From an uncultured Bacilli bacterium (lineage in GTDB: Bacteria > Bacillota_I > Bacilli_A > RF39 > UBA660), in the NCBI GenBank assembly GCA_934183165.1, contig CAKPRZ010000004.1:5998-69997 (forward strand): a stretch of DNA of 64,000 nucleotides, written 5' to 3'. The stretch's first letter is position 1. Every line of letters starts with the position of its first letter. Under the pieces are notes generated by a model. The model was not told the origin of the DNA. It was given only the letters and a program-made list of their open reading frames with translations, and searched no databases. The position numbers and the translations under genes are program-made. Positions 46,427 to 56,544 of this stretch are shown piece after piece.

Positions 46427-48211
46427 ATGAATGAATTACAACTTCCATTATGTGCATTTTTCTTCTCGGCACTTTTATGTATAGTATTTTTTTCAAAGGA
46501 AAGGTTAAATTTAATTGAAAACAAATTATATTCGGTAATGATTGTTACTGGACTATTAGATAGTATTATTATAATTTTAGAAAGAATATTAGTAATTAGT
46601 GGAAATATAAATGATGTAACCCCTACTATTTATTTAGTTCTTCAAATAACAAATAAACTTGATTTCCTTGTATTGATAATTCTTACTACTTGTGCATTTT
46701 TATATACATTGTTAATTACATATCCTAAAGTAAAACCAAATATCAATAAATGGATAAAGTCTACTTTCTTATTAGATGCCATTGTGTATTTGATTATATT
46801 ATTTTCTGATGTACATTTAATAACTTATAATAATATTATAAGTGTAAGTGGTTCCGCTATTGTAATAACTTATGTTTTGGGTGGACTATATTTAATTATT
46901 TCCATGTTAATGGCAATTATAAATATCAAAAGGTTAACTAGAAGACATATTCCAATTATGAGTGCTATATTTATGTTCACTTTCCTAATATTTATTTTTA
47001 GAAACAACCCATATATTATGGTTATTTCAATAATTATTGCTTTTGCTAATTATCTAATGTATTTTACAATAGAGAATCCAGATATAAAAATGATAGATGA
47101 ATTAACAAAAGCTAAGACATTAGTAGAGAAAAATAATAACGATAAATCAATATTTATATTTAATACAACACAACAAATAAGGAATCCATTAAACATGATA
47201 GAACAAAAAACAGAACAAATATTAGATTATAATTTAGAAGAAGAAGTAAAAGAGAAGGTATTAGATATAAGGACATGTGAACAAAGGATATCATATATAT
47301 TAAGAGGAATAATGGATGTATCAACAATAGATGCAAAAAATATAAAGATAGTAAATAATCAATATAAGATAGGGAATATATTAACAGAAATAAAAATAAG
47401 AGCCAAGAAAGAAGCAGAAAAGAAAGGATTAGAATTTAGAACAAGTATAGATGAAGGGATGCCAGAGGAGTTATATGGAGATTCAATCCGCTTAAAACAA
47501 ATAATAAATGGAATAGTATCGAATGCAATAAAATATACAGATAAAGGATTTGTAGAATTAGATGTAAATTCAATAGTAAGCTTTGATATATGTAGATTAA
47601 TAATATCAGTAAAAGATTCAGGGATAGGAGTAAATGCAGATAAAATAAATAAATTGTTCCAAAGCAAGGAAGATATAGAATTAGATAAAGTAGAAGGTTC
47701 AGATATAACATTAGAAGTAGCAAAAAAGATGATAAATCTAATAGGAGGAACAATAACAGTAAGAAGTGAAAAAGGAAGAGGATCAGAGTTTACAATAATA
47801 GTAGATCAAAAGATAAAGACAGAAGAAAATAAGATAAAAGATATAGTAGATGAATATAAGAATTTAAATAATAAGAAGAAAATAATGATTGTTACTGATA
47901 ATGATGCTGATAGAGCTTCATTTATAAAGAAAATAGGCGATGATGTAAATTTAGTATTTGCTATGTCTGGTCAAGAATGTTTAGAAAAAATTCGTAATAA
48001 AGAAAATTTTGACTTAATAATTATTAAAGAAAAAATGGATAAGTTAGATGCCTTAAAAACAATAACTAAACTTAATGATATAAAAGGATTTAGTACAAAA
48101 GTTATAATTATGACAGATAGTGTAGAAACAAGTAAAAAGCTAAATATGCATGGATATGATACTATTTTAAATAATATAAGTTCTAGTGAACTAAAAAAAA
48201 TAATTAAATAA
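46427..48211 (+). CDS. Membrane hybrid sensor-kinase-like protein (His->Gln in H-box, degenerate C-terminal receiver)
   Basis: Start chosen at MNELQLP after RBS aggtga, by alignment with the paralog N-terminus FFSKERL. Multi-TM N-domain. HisKA-like FIFNTTQQIRNPL. HATPase_c motifs DSGIGV and GGTITVRSEKGRGSEF. REC-like tail lacking the phospho-Asp. Confidence 0.7.
   Translation: MNELQLPLCAFFFSALLCIVFFSKERLNLIENKLYSVMIVTGLLDSIIIILERILVISGNINDVTPTIYLVLQITNKLDFLVLIILTTCAFLYTLLITYPKVKPNINKWIKSTFLLDAIVYLIILFSDVHLITYNNIISVSGSAIVITYVLGGLYLIISMLMAIINIKRLTRRHIPIMSAIFMFTFLIFIFRNNPYIMVISIIIAFANYLMYFTIENPDIKMIDELTKAKTLVEKNNNDKSIFIFNTTQQIRNPLNMIEQKTEQILDYNLEEEVKEKVLDIRTCEQRISYILRGIMDVSTIDAKNIKIVNNQYKIGNILTEIKIRAKKEAEKKGLEFRTSIDEGMPEELYGDSIRLKQIINGIVSNAIKYTDKGFVELDVNSIVSFDICRLIISVKDSGIGVNADKINKLFQSKEDIELDKVEGSDITLEVAKKMINLIGGTITVRSEKGRGSEFTIIVDQKIKTEENKIKDIVDEYKNLNNKKKIMIVTDNDADRASFIKKIGDDVNLVFAMSGQECLEKIRNKENFDLIIIKEKMDKLDALKTITKLNDIKGFSTKVIIMTDSVETSKKLNMHGYDTILNNISSSELKKIIK
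47055..47904 (+). repeat. 850-bp exact direct repeat, copy 1 (within sensor-kinase-like gene)
   Basis: Apparently identical at nucleotide level to 55280-56129 (offset 8225). The encoded 283 aa are identical. The overlapping reverse-strand six-frame ORFs are identical too. Confidence 0.9.
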
Positions 48212-48240
48212 GAGATTGAAGATTTCAATCCCTTATTTTA
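48212..48240. terminator. Bidirectional terminator between convergent genes
   Basis: gattgaa-gat-ttcaatc hairpin between the stop at 48211 (+) and the stop at 48238 (-). Confidence 0.55.
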
Positions 48241-49164
48241 ATATTGTGGAGTATATCTTAACATATATAGGAAGTAATTAACTGAAGTATACATATTATC
48301 TAAAAATGTTGGTTCAATAATAAAATATGTATTTTTATTTAATAATTTTTCAATGCATTCTCTAATAAAATTACTAAAGTCAGTTACTAAATTAATTGCT
48401 CTTGAAGTAAGCATAGTTTGATTATCAGGCGTTATAGGTGTTTTAACATACAAGTCTTCTGATTCGCGGAAAGCAATCACAAACCTTTCTGACTCATCAG
48501 CAATGACTTCATCCCCTGGATCAACCAATTTATTTATTAAAACAGCAATTGTAAGCATTGAGTTATTTAATGATAATTCGGAAGTTATAACGAATGTTGG
48601 ATTATATCTTTGCCTTTGATTAATTCTATTTAATTGGTTGATAAATAATGATGTTTCATATATCATGAAATTTAAATAAGAAGGGAAAATATATGAAAAC
48701 ATATCTTGATTATTAACTTTATTTAGAATTTCTTCAATTAAATTAGAAAATTTTTCAACTAACATTAAAGCTTCATTATTAAAGTTTTCAATATCTTTAA
48801 CAAATTCATCAGTAACTTTAGTAGGAGTACCGGAAGATAACTCTAATTCTTCTTGTGTTATATCGGTCGCGATAGAAACATTAAACAATTTTTCGGTTAA
48901 TGATTCTAACGGAAGAGTATATGGAGTTACAAAAATATTTGATGTTAATGAATCTCTTGATAATATTCCATTTGAAACATTAACAATCCTTCTTCCTAAA
49001 TTTTCACATTTTTCTCCTATACTACCTAAACGAATTTTATATTCGTTATAATTGTCTGGTAGACCAAGTTCAACATTTAAACAAAAAAGTCTAACTGTTC
49101 TTAAATAATATAAATTAATACCTATAGAATCTTGAACAAATTCATTATTGTCTAGCATAAACAT
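48238..49164 (-). CDS. Hypothetical protein (possibly DUF2935 family)
   Basis: 308 aa soluble protein on the minus strand between the two kinase paralogs. Family assignment is from weak recollection only. Confidence 0.55.
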   Translation of the reverse strand: MFMLDNNEFVQDSIGINLYYLRTVRLFCLNVELGLPDNYNEYKIRLGSIGEKCENLGRRIVNVSNGILSRDSLTSNIFVTPYTLPLESLTEKLFNVSIATDITQEELELSSGTPTKVTDEFVKDIENFNNEALMLVEKFSNLIEEILNKVNNQDMFSYIFPSYLNFMIYETSLFINQLNRINQRQRYNPTFVITSELSLNNSMLTIAVLINKLVDPGDEVIADESERFVIAFRESEDLYVKTPITPDNQTMLTSRAINLVTDFSNFIRECIEKLLNKNTYFIIEPTFLDNMYTSVNYFLYMLRYTPQY

Positions 49165-49234
49165 CTCCTTTATAAATCTTCAATTTAATTATATGTAATT
49201 AGTAAATAAAAATTATAACTATACATATCATTTA

Positions 49235-49945
49235 ATGGTGATATTAATGAATAGAGTAATTTTTAAGTATAAGTATCAAGTCATAATTATGTTATTAATC
49301 CTTTTCAATTTATGTGTTGTTTTAAAAAATCAGGAAAATTATTTATTAACGGATAATGTTGTTTTAACTAAAAATGATGAAAAAAAATTAGAATTAAATG
49401 ATGAACATTCATATAAAGTTCTAGTTTATTATCCAAATAGTAAATATAAAATATTAAATAAAGAAATATCTATTAATATAAAAAAATATGTAGATGAATT
49501 TAAAAAGAATATTAAGAATATAGATGCCCAAAAAAATCAGTATTATACTTTAGATATTACTTATGATGAATATAAATATAATAATTATTTATCATATGTA
49601 TTCTATATTGACGACTATATAGGTGGAGCTCATCCTAACAGAAGAATATGGACAATCTCTTATGATATTAAAAACGAAAATATAATTACTATAGATGATT
49701 TGATTAAAAAGAATCCTGACTTTTTAGAAAAATTATCTACTATTATTAGAAAAGAATTATTGAGTAATGCTAAAGTATCTAATACATCTATGCTTTTAGA
49801 AGGAACCAAGACAGTTAAAGAAAATTTTACAAAGTTTGCTTTTGGTAAAAAGAGTTTTTTAGTTTTTTTCCAACCATATCAAATATCTTCATATAGTTCA
49901 GGGAGTTTTGTAGTTGAAGTTCCTTATTCAAAAATATTTGAATAA
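49235..49945 (+). CDS. DUF3298/DUF4163-like (RsiV/PdaC C-terminal-type) membrane-anchored protein
   Basis: N-terminal TM. YIDDYIGGAHPNRRIW motif, typical of DUF3298. The true start may be the ATG at 49247. Confidence 0.55.
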   Translation: MVILMNRVIFKYKYQVIIMLLILFNLCVVLKNQENYLLTDNVVLTKNDEKKLELNDEHSYKVLVYYPNSKYKILNKEISINIKKYVDEFKKNIKNIDAQKNQYYTLDITYDEYKYNNYLSYVFYIDDYIGGAHPNRRIWTISYDIKNENIITIDDLIKKNPDFLEKLSTIIRKELLSNAKVSNTSMLLEGTKTVKENFTKFAFGKKSFLVFFQPYQISSYSSGSFVVEVPYSKIFE

Positions 49946-49975
49946 TATTTAACAATATATTATAATTACAGTGAG

Positions 49976-50542
49976 GTGAAAATAATGATAACGACTTTAG
50001 TAGTAATAGGTGTAATAATACTAATTTTACTTTTATATTTTATTACAACCTATAATGGATTAGTTACTTTAAGAAATAGGGTCAAAGATGAATGGGCTCA
50101 AATTGATGTACAATTAAAAAGAAGAGCTGATTTAATTCCTAATTTAGTTGAAACAGTTAAAGGATATGCAAAACATGAAAAAGGTACTTTAGAAGAGGTA
50201 GTAAAAGCTAGAAATGCTTTATCTAGTGCTAGTACTGTTGATGATGAAATTGATGCAAATAATAAAATAACAGGAGCTTTAAATAAACTATTTGCCTTAT
50301 CAGAAGCATATCCAGATCTAAAAGCTAATGAAAATTTCTTAGCTTTACAAGCCGATCTAAAAGATACAGAGGAAAAGATTTCTTATGCTAGACAATTTTA
50401 TAATGATACAGTTTTATCTTATAATAACAAAGTAGAAATGTTCCCTACTAATATTATTGCTAATATGTTTGGTTTTAAGCAATATGAATTTTTCAAAGTT
50501 GAAAATAAAGAAGAAAAAGAAGTACCAAAAGTTAGATTTTAA
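49976..50542 (+). CDS. LemA family protein
   Basis: N-terminal TM. Conserved LemA block [44 protein letters not shown]. Confidence 0.85.
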   Translation: MKIMITTLVVIGVIILILLLYFITTYNGLVTLRNRVKDEWAQIDVQLKRRADLIPNLVETVKGYAKHEKGTLEEVVKARNALSSASTVDDEIDANNKITGALNKLFALSEAYPDLKANENFLALQADLKDTEEKISYARQFYNDTVLSYNNKVEMFPTNIIANMFGFKQYEFFKVENKEEKEVPKVRF

Positions 50543-50582
50543 GACTTACTTTTTGTAAGTCTTTTATTTTAAGGAGGAACTT

Positions 50583-52493
50583 ATGAAAAAAGTATATTTA
50601 ATAATTATAGGATTATTACTTGTAATGTTTCCCAACTTTGTATATGCAGATCAAACTACAAAATATTATATAGAGGTTGATATTCTAGACAATGGGGATG
50701 CTAATGTTAAAGAGTTAAAATTAATGGATGGTATCTATAATGGATATAAAACAAATATTAGATATAAAAGTGATGGTCTTGATAAGTTTACTGGAAAATT
50801 AGATGACTTTTCTGAAAGTGACATATATAATGCAACAGGTATAACTAATTTAAAAGTTTATGATGTTAAATTTAATAGTGATGATTTTTCAGTTATAAAT
50901 AATAAAATTAATGAATTTAGTCTTGTGAGTAGCGCTAAAAAAGGTGATTATAAAGTTTATACTAAAAAAGTGACTGATGAGGGATTTAATTTATTAGTAT
51001 ATTTACCATCATCTTATAAAAGAGCATCACTTGTTACCTATACATTAAAAAATCTGGTGGTAGTTCATAATGATATAGCTGAAATGGCTCATAATTTTAT
51101 TGGGAACGATTATGAAGAAAATATTAAAGATTTAATAATTAGGATAAAATTACCTAAAGAGAGTAAAGAATTAAAAATATTTTCACATGGACCTTTAGAT
51201 GGAAGTAATAGAATAATAAATAATCAAGAAGTAGAAATAACATATGATTTTTTAATTAGAAATAATGCTGTGGATGGAAGAGTAGTTTTTGATAAAGAAA
51301 TAGTACCAAATGCAATTAAGAAATCTAATGTAGATGGAATGGAAAATATTTTAAAAATCGAAAAAGAAAGAGCTGATATTGCTAATCAAGAAAGACAAAA
51401 TATATTAAAGATTGAAAAAGAAATGAAAAGAAAAAAGAATATTTTTGCTATTATATCAGGAGTATGGTTTCTTGGGCTTGTTTTAGTTGTATATAGGTTT
51501 AGCAAAAAAACAAGGCAAAAATATGGTGCTGAAATAGATAATAAATACTTTAGAGATTTTCCTAGTGATTATATACCATCAACAGTAGATTATTTAATGA
51601 ATAAAAGAGTTGGTAAATTGAGTTTTAAAGCTGAAATACTTGAACTTATTAGGAAAAAAGCAATTGTTTTAGAAGAAGTTATGAAAAATGGAATTAATAA
51701 GAAAAATATTTCAAAGACATACAAGCTTTCTAAAAATCCAACATTTAATTTAGAAGAGCTTAAAGATAGTGAAAAGATAATATATGAGTTATTAATAGAT
51801 GTAGCGGGTAATGGTGAATATGTAACATTAGATAAATTAAATAATTATACAAAGATTTATGATAATGCTAAAAAGTTTATGGTAAAATATGACTCTTGGC
51901 ATTATAAGAGTTTGAATGAGGCTAAAAGTGAAGAATTTTATGAGGATATAAGTAAAGATAAAATAAAAGCAATTGTTTATTCTTTATTAATAATGTGGAT
52001 TTTTATTATAAGTGTAGTATTAGGCGTGGCTTCTCTCATAAGTTTTGCCTTTAACATATTTGGAATAATGGCTATAATTTATTTCATTTGTTCTTCAAAA
52101 AGAACAAAATTAGGAAGTGAAGAATATTTTAAATGGAAAGGATTAAAAAACTTTCTAAATGATTTTGGCAGATTAGATGAAAAAGATTTACCTGAGATTA
52201 AGTTGTGGGAAAAATATTTAGTGTATGCTACTGTATTTGGAATTGCCACAAAGGTTCAAAAAAGTATGAAAATTAATTTGGATAAATTTAATTATAACGA
52301 TGGTATAGAATTCACATATTTATATGGCTTTGATTTTGGAGTTACTGATTCTATTTTTAATTCTATAGATAGTAGTATATCTTCTGCAAGAGGAGTGATT
52401 TATGCTCAAGAGTCATCTTCAACAGGATCTGGTGGTGGATCGTCTTTTGGTGGAGGAAGCTTCGGTGGAGGAAGCGGTGGAGGCCGTTTCTAA
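50583..52493 (+). CDS. DUF2207 domain membrane protein with Gly-rich C-terminus
   Basis: Signal peptide and extracytoplasmic domain. Internal TMs. C-terminal GSGGGSSFGGGSFGGGSGGGRF. Pairing with LemA is the conserved arrangement for DUF2207. Confidence 0.7.
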   Translation: MKKVYLIIIGLLLVMFPNFVYADQTTKYYIEVDILDNGDANVKELKLMDGIYNGYKTNIRYKSDGLDKFTGKLDDFSESDIYNATGITNLKVYDVKFNSDDFSVINNKINEFSLVSSAKKGDYKVYTKKVTDEGFNLLVYLPSSYKRASLVTYTLKNLVVVHNDIAEMAHNFIGNDYEENIKDLIIRIKLPKESKELKIFSHGPLDGSNRIINNQEVEITYDFLIRNNAVDGRVVFDKEIVPNAIKKSNVDGMENILKIEKERADIANQERQNILKIEKEMKRKKNIFAIISGVWFLGLVLVVYRFSKKTRQKYGAEIDNKYFRDFPSDYIPSTVDYLMNKRVGKLSFKAEILELIRKKAIVLEEVMKNGINKKNISKTYKLSKNPTFNLEELKDSEKIIYELLIDVAGNGEYVTLDKLNNYTKIYDNAKKFMVKYDSWHYKSLNEAKSEEFYEDISKDKIKAIVYSLLIMWIFIISVVLGVASLISFAFNIFGIMAIIYFICSSKRTKLGSEEYFKWKGLKNFLNDFGRLDEKDLPEIKLWEKYLVYATVFGIATKVQKSMKINLDKFNYNDGIEFTYLYGFDFGVTDSIFNSIDSSISSARGVIYAQESSSTGSGGGSSFGGGSFGGGSGGGRF

Positions 52494-52575
52494 TTTGACA
52501 AAAATGTAAAAAAATGGTATAATATGCAAACGTAATGTTGAGTAGTAAAATGATAGTAAAAAAGAGGGAATTATT

Positions 52576-54564
52576 TTGGAAAGAGATAGTATAGAAAATT
52601 TAAAAATAAGATATCAAAATTTAAAACCAGGTATAACTTTAAAATTGAAAGGGAAAGGTTATGCATCATTCGATGAACCTTGGAATAATCAATATCCTAT
52701 TTTGGATAAGGAAATGCCATCTAAATACATGTCAATGTATAGATATTTAGTTGAATCAACTAAAAACAACCCAAATAGTATAGCACTTGTTTATAATAGA
52801 AAAGGTAAGGAAGAAAATGTAACTTTTGCAAAGGTAAAAGAGAACATTGATAAGGCAGCTAAATCATTTAAAATGTTAAATATTAAGGCTGGTGATATTG
52901 TACCAGTTATATCTCTTACTACGCCTGAAGTTATTTATTCTTTTTATGCTTTAAATAAAATTGGAGCAATTCCACTTATGTTTGATATAAGAAAAGGTCC
53001 AAGTGAATATATAAAACAATTAAACGCAGTCGATGCTAAAACAATTGTTGTAGCCGATTTCATTTTGAAAAAATTAAAGAAAATCATGCCTAATACTATG
53101 GTTGAAAATGCAGTTGAGCTTCCATTCATCAAGGATATGAAATTATCTGAAATTTTAAAATCTGTAATAGGATCAAAAAATTCTTCTAAAAAATCAGAAA
53201 AAATAGAAATTAATAATGAATCTAAATCTTTAGGAATTAGTAGTTGGGATAAGTTTATTAAAAAAGGTGATGCCTTATTTGCTAAGGAAGAAGATATAGA
53301 GGCACCATATGAAAAAAACAAACCAGGACTTATGATTTTAACTAGTGGTACATCGGGTGCTCCTAAAGCTGTTATTCATGCTGCGGAAACAGTAAACTCT
53401 ATGCCACAAAAATATTATAAAACAGGTACATTTGATGCTAAAGTTGGAGAAAGAATGCTTACAATTATGCCTCCATTCCTTATGTATGCTGTACCACTTA
53501 CTTTTCAAACAGCCTTAACTAATAATGTTACTTTAGTTATACTTCCACAATCAAATAAAGAAAAGCTTTTAAAAGCAGTAAATAAATATAAACCAGAATA
53601 TTTTATAGGTTCTATTTCTCATTTTTATCAACTTTTAGATGCTGATGATTTAAGTTTTGCTAAATATTATGGTTGTGGTGGAGATAAAGTAAATAAGCAA
53701 GTTGAGACAAAATTAAAAGAACAATTGAGAGAACTTGGTATGAATACTGTATTTATTGGTTATGGTGCAACTGAGTTAGGGGGATCATCTGCTACTCAAA
53801 CGGCTAATCATAATGCAGTAAGTACAGTTGGTTTACCTTTATATGGATCTAAGGCTATTGTAGTTGATCCTAAAACATATGAAGAATTACCTTATGAACA
53901 AGAAGGACTTTTATGTATGCAGACAGATACAATGATGTTAGAATACTTCAATAACGAAGAGAAAACTAATCAAGTTTTTGCTCGTGATAAGGATGGAAAC
54001 ACTTATTTTGTTACTGGTGATTTAGGAGTTATTCATAAAAATGGTGAACTAAGTGTAATAGGAAGAATTAAACCACGTGCAGCATTATTTACTGGTCATA
54101 AATTTTCTCCAGATAATATAAATGAGGTGTTATTAAAACATCCAGATATTGAAGATGCTGTTACAGTAGCGCAACCTAACACTTATAATACTATAGAGAA
54201 AGGCTCTAATGATTTCCAAGGAAGTTGGCCACATTCATATATAATTTTGAATCAAGAAGATACTTCTGATGTTCAAGAAAAGATTAATGAAATTAGTGAA
54301 TTTTGTTTAAGAGAGTTAGGAAAAGAAGATGTGCCATTTTTCTATACAGTTGTAAAAAAAGAGGATGGATTTAAACTTACAGATAATGGAAAAGTCGATT
54401 TTAGATATTATGAAAAGCAACTTGTTTACATTAACGAAGGAGAAGCAATATCTAATAGTGACAATGGTATCCTTGTTCCAGATGTTACTACATTACAAAG
54501 AGATGCTAATATAATTATTGGTGCATCAAAAGAAAAAAAATTAAAAAAAATATTTAAAAGATAA
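52576..54564 (+). CDS. AMP-binding enzyme (acyl-CoA / acyl-ACP synthetase family)
   Basis: TTG start after RBS agaggga. AMP-binding motif ILTSGTSGAPKAV. Further conserved blocks GYGATELGG and FFVTGDLG. Confidence 0.8.
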   Translation: MERDSIENLKIRYQNLKPGITLKLKGKGYASFDEPWNNQYPILDKEMPSKYMSMYRYLVESTKNNPNSIALVYNRKGKEENVTFAKVKENIDKAAKSFKMLNIKAGDIVPVISLTTPEVIYSFYALNKIGAIPLMFDIRKGPSEYIKQLNAVDAKTIVVADFILKKLKKIMPNTMVENAVELPFIKDMKLSEILKSVIGSKNSSKKSEKIEINNESKSLGISSWDKFIKKGDALFAKEEDIEAPYEKNKPGLMILTSGTSGAPKAVIHAAETVNSMPQKYYKTGTFDAKVGERMLTIMPPFLMYAVPLTFQTALTNNVTLVILPQSNKEKLLKAVNKYKPEYFIGSISHFYQLLDADDLSFAKYYGCGGDKVNKQVETKLKEQLRELGMNTVFIGYGATELGGSSATQTANHNAVSTVGLPLYGSKAIVVDPKTYEELPYEQEGLLCMQTDTMMLEYFNNEEKTNQVFARDKDGNTYFVTGDLGVIHKNGELSVIGRIKPRAALFTGHKFSPDNINEVLLKHPDIEDAVTVAQPNTYNTIEKGSNDFQGSWPHSYIILNQEDTSDVQEKINEISEFCLRELGKEDVPFFYTVVKKEDGFKLTDNGKVDFRYYEKQLVYINEGEAISNSDNGILVPDVTTLQRDANIIIGASKEKKLKKIFKR

Positions 54565-54590
54565 AAGTACATTTTTGTACTTTTTTTAAT
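54564..54590 (+). terminator. Rho-independent terminator
   Basis: aagtaca-tttt-tgtactt plus ttttttt. Confidence 0.65.
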
Positions 54591-54651
54591 TTAAATATCA
54601 TTATATTCTTATTTGTGATATAATTATAAATAGAAAATATGGAGGTAATAT

Positions 54652-56463
54652 ATGAACGTAGGATTTACATTTTCGGTAGTAAGTTTATTTTATAGTATAT
54701 TATTAACAATAATCTTTTTCTCAAAAGAAAGACTTATAACATTAGAAAACAAAGTTTATTCATGGGCAATAATTGCAAATTTAATAGGAATTATATTGGC
54801 TATTAGTAGTTATTTTTTGATTTTGAGAGTTGATGAACTTCCAATTATTAATATTATTATCGCAAAGGGGTATTTAATATATTTATTATCTTATATTTCA
54901 ATATTGACCTTATATGTCTTACTAATTTCATCAAATAAGCTAAAAGAAGAGAAAAGTAACTATTTTGATAAATGTTTTAATATAGTATTTATACTGCTTT
55001 TAATATTTTCCTTTATAATAATAGTTTTACCAATTTATTTCTATCATAAAGGAAATGTGGTATATACGTATGGGCCTAGCGCTAATGTTGTATATTTGAT
55101 TTCATTAATATATATATTTGTCTGGATTATATTTATGCTTAGACAATATCAGCATTTAAAAAGTAAAAAGTATTTACCTCTGTTTTCATTTATTTCTATT
55201 GGAACAGTAGTTATGATAATTCAAAAACTAAATCCAGGATTATTATTAATGACTGCTATGGAAACATTTGTAACATTTTTAATGTATTTTACAATAGAGA
55301 ATCCAGATATAAAAATGATAGATGAATTAACAAAAGCTAAGACATTAGTAGAGAAAAATAATAACGATAAATCAATATTTATATTTAATACAACACAACA
55401 AATAAGGAATCCATTAAACATGATAGAACAAAAAACAGAACAAATATTAGATTATAATTTAGAAGAAGAAGTAAAAGAGAAGGTATTAGATATAAGGACA
55501 TGTGAACAAAGGATATCATATATATTAAGAGGAATAATGGATGTATCAACAATAGATGCAAAAAATATAAAGATAGTAAATAATCAATATAAGATAGGGA
55601 ATATATTAACAGAAATAAAAATAAGAGCCAAGAAAGAAGCAGAAAAGAAAGGATTAGAATTTAGAACAAGTATAGATGAAGGGATGCCAGAGGAGTTATA
55701 TGGAGATTCAATCCGCTTAAAACAAATAATAAATGGAATAGTATCGAATGCAATAAAATATACAGATAAAGGATTTGTAGAATTAGATGTAAATTCAATA
55801 GTAAGCTTTGATATATGTAGATTAATAATATCAGTAAAAGATTCAGGGATAGGAGTAAATGCAGATAAAATAAATAAATTGTTCCAAAGCAAGGAAGATA
55901 TAGAATTAGATAAAGTAGAAGGTTCAGATATAACATTAGAAGTAGCAAAAAAGATGATAAATCTAATAGGAGGAACAATAACAGTAAGAAGTGAAAAAGG
56001 AAGAGGATCAGAGTTTACAATAATAGTAGATCAAAAGATAAAGACAGAAGAAAATAAGATAAAAGATATAGTAGATGAATATAAGAATTTAAATAATAAG
56101 AAGAAAATAATGATTGTTACTGATAATGAGAAGGATAAAGAAATATATAATAGATTTTTCAGTAAAAATGTAATTTTAGAAATTGCTGAAAATGGAGAGG
56201 TTTGTTTAAATAAAATAAGAAGTGGGGAAAACTATGATTTAATTCTTATTAATGAAAAATTAAAGAAATTAGAGGCTTATCAAATAATAAATAAATTAAA
56301 AAAGTTAAAAATCCAAAATAATAAAGTTATCATTTTAACAGATAACAAAGATAAAGAAAAAGATTTGATTACTGCAGGATACTTAGCATTGTCAAAAGAC
56401 TATACCAAAGATAAATTTATGAAAAAAATAAATGGATTTTTAGATATTAACAAGGGTCTATAA
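54652..56463 (+). CDS. Membrane hybrid sensor-kinase-like protein, paralog of 46427..48211
   Basis: Different multi-TM N-domain. The central 283 aa (HisKA-like with Gln, plus HATPase_c) are identical to the paralog. Different degenerate REC-like tail. RBS ggagg. Confidence 0.75.
   Translation: MNVGFTFSVVSLFYSILLTIIFFSKERLITLENKVYSWAIIANLIGIILAISSYFLILRVDELPIINIIIAKGYLIYLLSYISILTLYVLLISSNKLKEEKSNYFDKCFNIVFILLLIFSFIIIVLPIYFYHKGNVVYTYGPSANVVYLISLIYIFVWIIFMLRQYQHLKSKKYLPLFSFISIGTVVMIIQKLNPGLLLMTAMETFVTFLMYFTIENPDIKMIDELTKAKTLVEKNNNDKSIFIFNTTQQIRNPLNMIEQKTEQILDYNLEEEVKEKVLDIRTCEQRISYILRGIMDVSTIDAKNIKIVNNQYKIGNILTEIKIRAKKEAEKKGLEFRTSIDEGMPEELYGDSIRLKQIINGIVSNAIKYTDKGFVELDVNSIVSFDICRLIISVKDSGIGVNADKINKLFQSKEDIELDKVEGSDITLEVAKKMINLIGGTITVRSEKGRGSEFTIIVDQKIKTEENKIKDIVDEYKNLNNKKKIMIVTDNEKDKEIYNRFFSKNVILEIAENGEVCLNKIRSGENYDLILINEKLKKLEAYQIINKLKKLKIQNNKVIILTDNKDKEKDLITAGYLALSKDYTKDKFMKKINGFLDINKGL
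55280..56129 (+). repeat. 850-bp exact direct repeat, copy 2
   Basis: See copy 1 at 47055-47904. Confidence 0.9.
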
Positions 56464-56544
56464 TAGATCCTTTATTTTTGGAGAAAATATATTTATATAG
56501 ATAAATTTTTGTGTTATAATTTGAATATAATCTGGAGGTTGCCT

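Noticed and set aside
47359-47753. Two long reverse-strand ORFs (102 and 105 aa) that recur identically at 55584-55978
   Set aside because: They are artefacts of the purine-rich coding strand of the duplicated kinase block. The complement is pyrimidine-rich and so lacks stop codons. Their duplication simply mirrors the 850-bp repeat.
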